Shown here piece after piece: positions 63,211 to 64,000 of a DNA stretch of 64,000 bases. Within the stretch, counting starts at the first letter, position 1. Each line of letters opens with the position of its first letter. The position numbers and the translations under genes are program-made. The DNA is from Eledone cirrhosa (lineage: Eukaryota), in the NCBI GenBank assembly GCA_964016885.1, contig OZ024742.1, forward strand, positions 293,260,001-293,324,000, written 5' to 3'. The notes under the pieces were generated by a model that saw only the letters and a list, made by a program, of their open reading frames with translations, did not search any database and was not told the DNA's origin.

Positions 63211-64000
63211 AAAGCAAAGATCGGATTTTGGGCGAAATGATATAGTGACTCTAATTAAGTATTGGGTGCTGACTTAATCTCTAACAACCCGTCCAACCCA
63301 TGCCAGTATGGAAAAGCGGATGTAAAATGATTTGTCCTGTTGATATTAAAAAGGTTAATATCTTGCTAGTTAGTTTTAATTGTTTATTTATGTCATCTGT
63401 GCTATCTAATTTATGTAATTAACTCCTAAGCAGCTTTATCAAGGCTGTACTTCAATGTATCTACTACAGAGGTTAATTGGTAGAGTTGTTAGAAAGTAGG
63501 AGAAAATGACTTGTGGTATTTGTTCTGGCTTTCTTCACTCCAGGACCAAACCCTTCCTGAGGTCAACTTCACCTTATAGGATATTATATATTTTGGGGTC
63601 GATAAAGTACCAGTCAAGGGGTTAGATTAATTGTGTTTAACTCATGTTCATAAAGTCATGGCTTTGATTCCAAGACTGCATAGTGCATTGTGTTCTTGAG
63701 CAGGACTCTTTTCATAAGACTAGGGTCTGTGTCATTGAAACACCTGAGAAATCTCTTATGAGATGCTATCTTGTAGGCCACCGAAATTAAATGTGAGCTA
63801 TAAGAACAACAACATTGGCGGAATTGTTAAAGTATCAGATGAGATATCTAATGATATATTTTCCAACTCTTTGCATCCTGAGTTGTTGCCAACAGGAATT
63901 GTTCAGTCTGAGCATACAGAAGACACTTACCTAAGGCTTACCCATAATTTGCACCCAAAGAAAGACTCATACATCTGGACCAACAAGCTGCACGTAAACA

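Overview
AT-rich, repeat-dense animal genomic DNA, most likely a coleoid cephalopod such as an octopus (inferred from the SINE/RTE repertoire, not proven). Almost the whole window looks intronic. The only host coding sequence I can support is a 72-nt + strand exon (56644-56715, RDKGQISRIKKLKRRISASFGRL) resembling the N-terminus of PFTAIRE kinase CDK14/Eip63E, plus a possible upstream start exon at ~39849. The rest is a transposon landscape: RTE-clade LINEs carrying a PHD finger (one near full-length, one 5'-truncated, one decayed, several 3' fragments), CR1/L2-like and CRE-like LINE relics, two Tc1/mariner relics, Helitrons, TTAA-type and hAT MITEs, tRNA-derived SINEs and microsatellites. The most interesting signal is a set of type I hammerhead ribozyme motifs in at least four unrelated non-coding elements, mostly inserted at (TA)n runs. 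The clearest is a ~554-bp tandem array (33233-34763) with one hammerhead per unit and a terminal inverted fragment, which is a retrozyme or Penelope-like pseudo-LTR architecture. All ribozyme folds were done by eye and are not validated computationally or biochemically.
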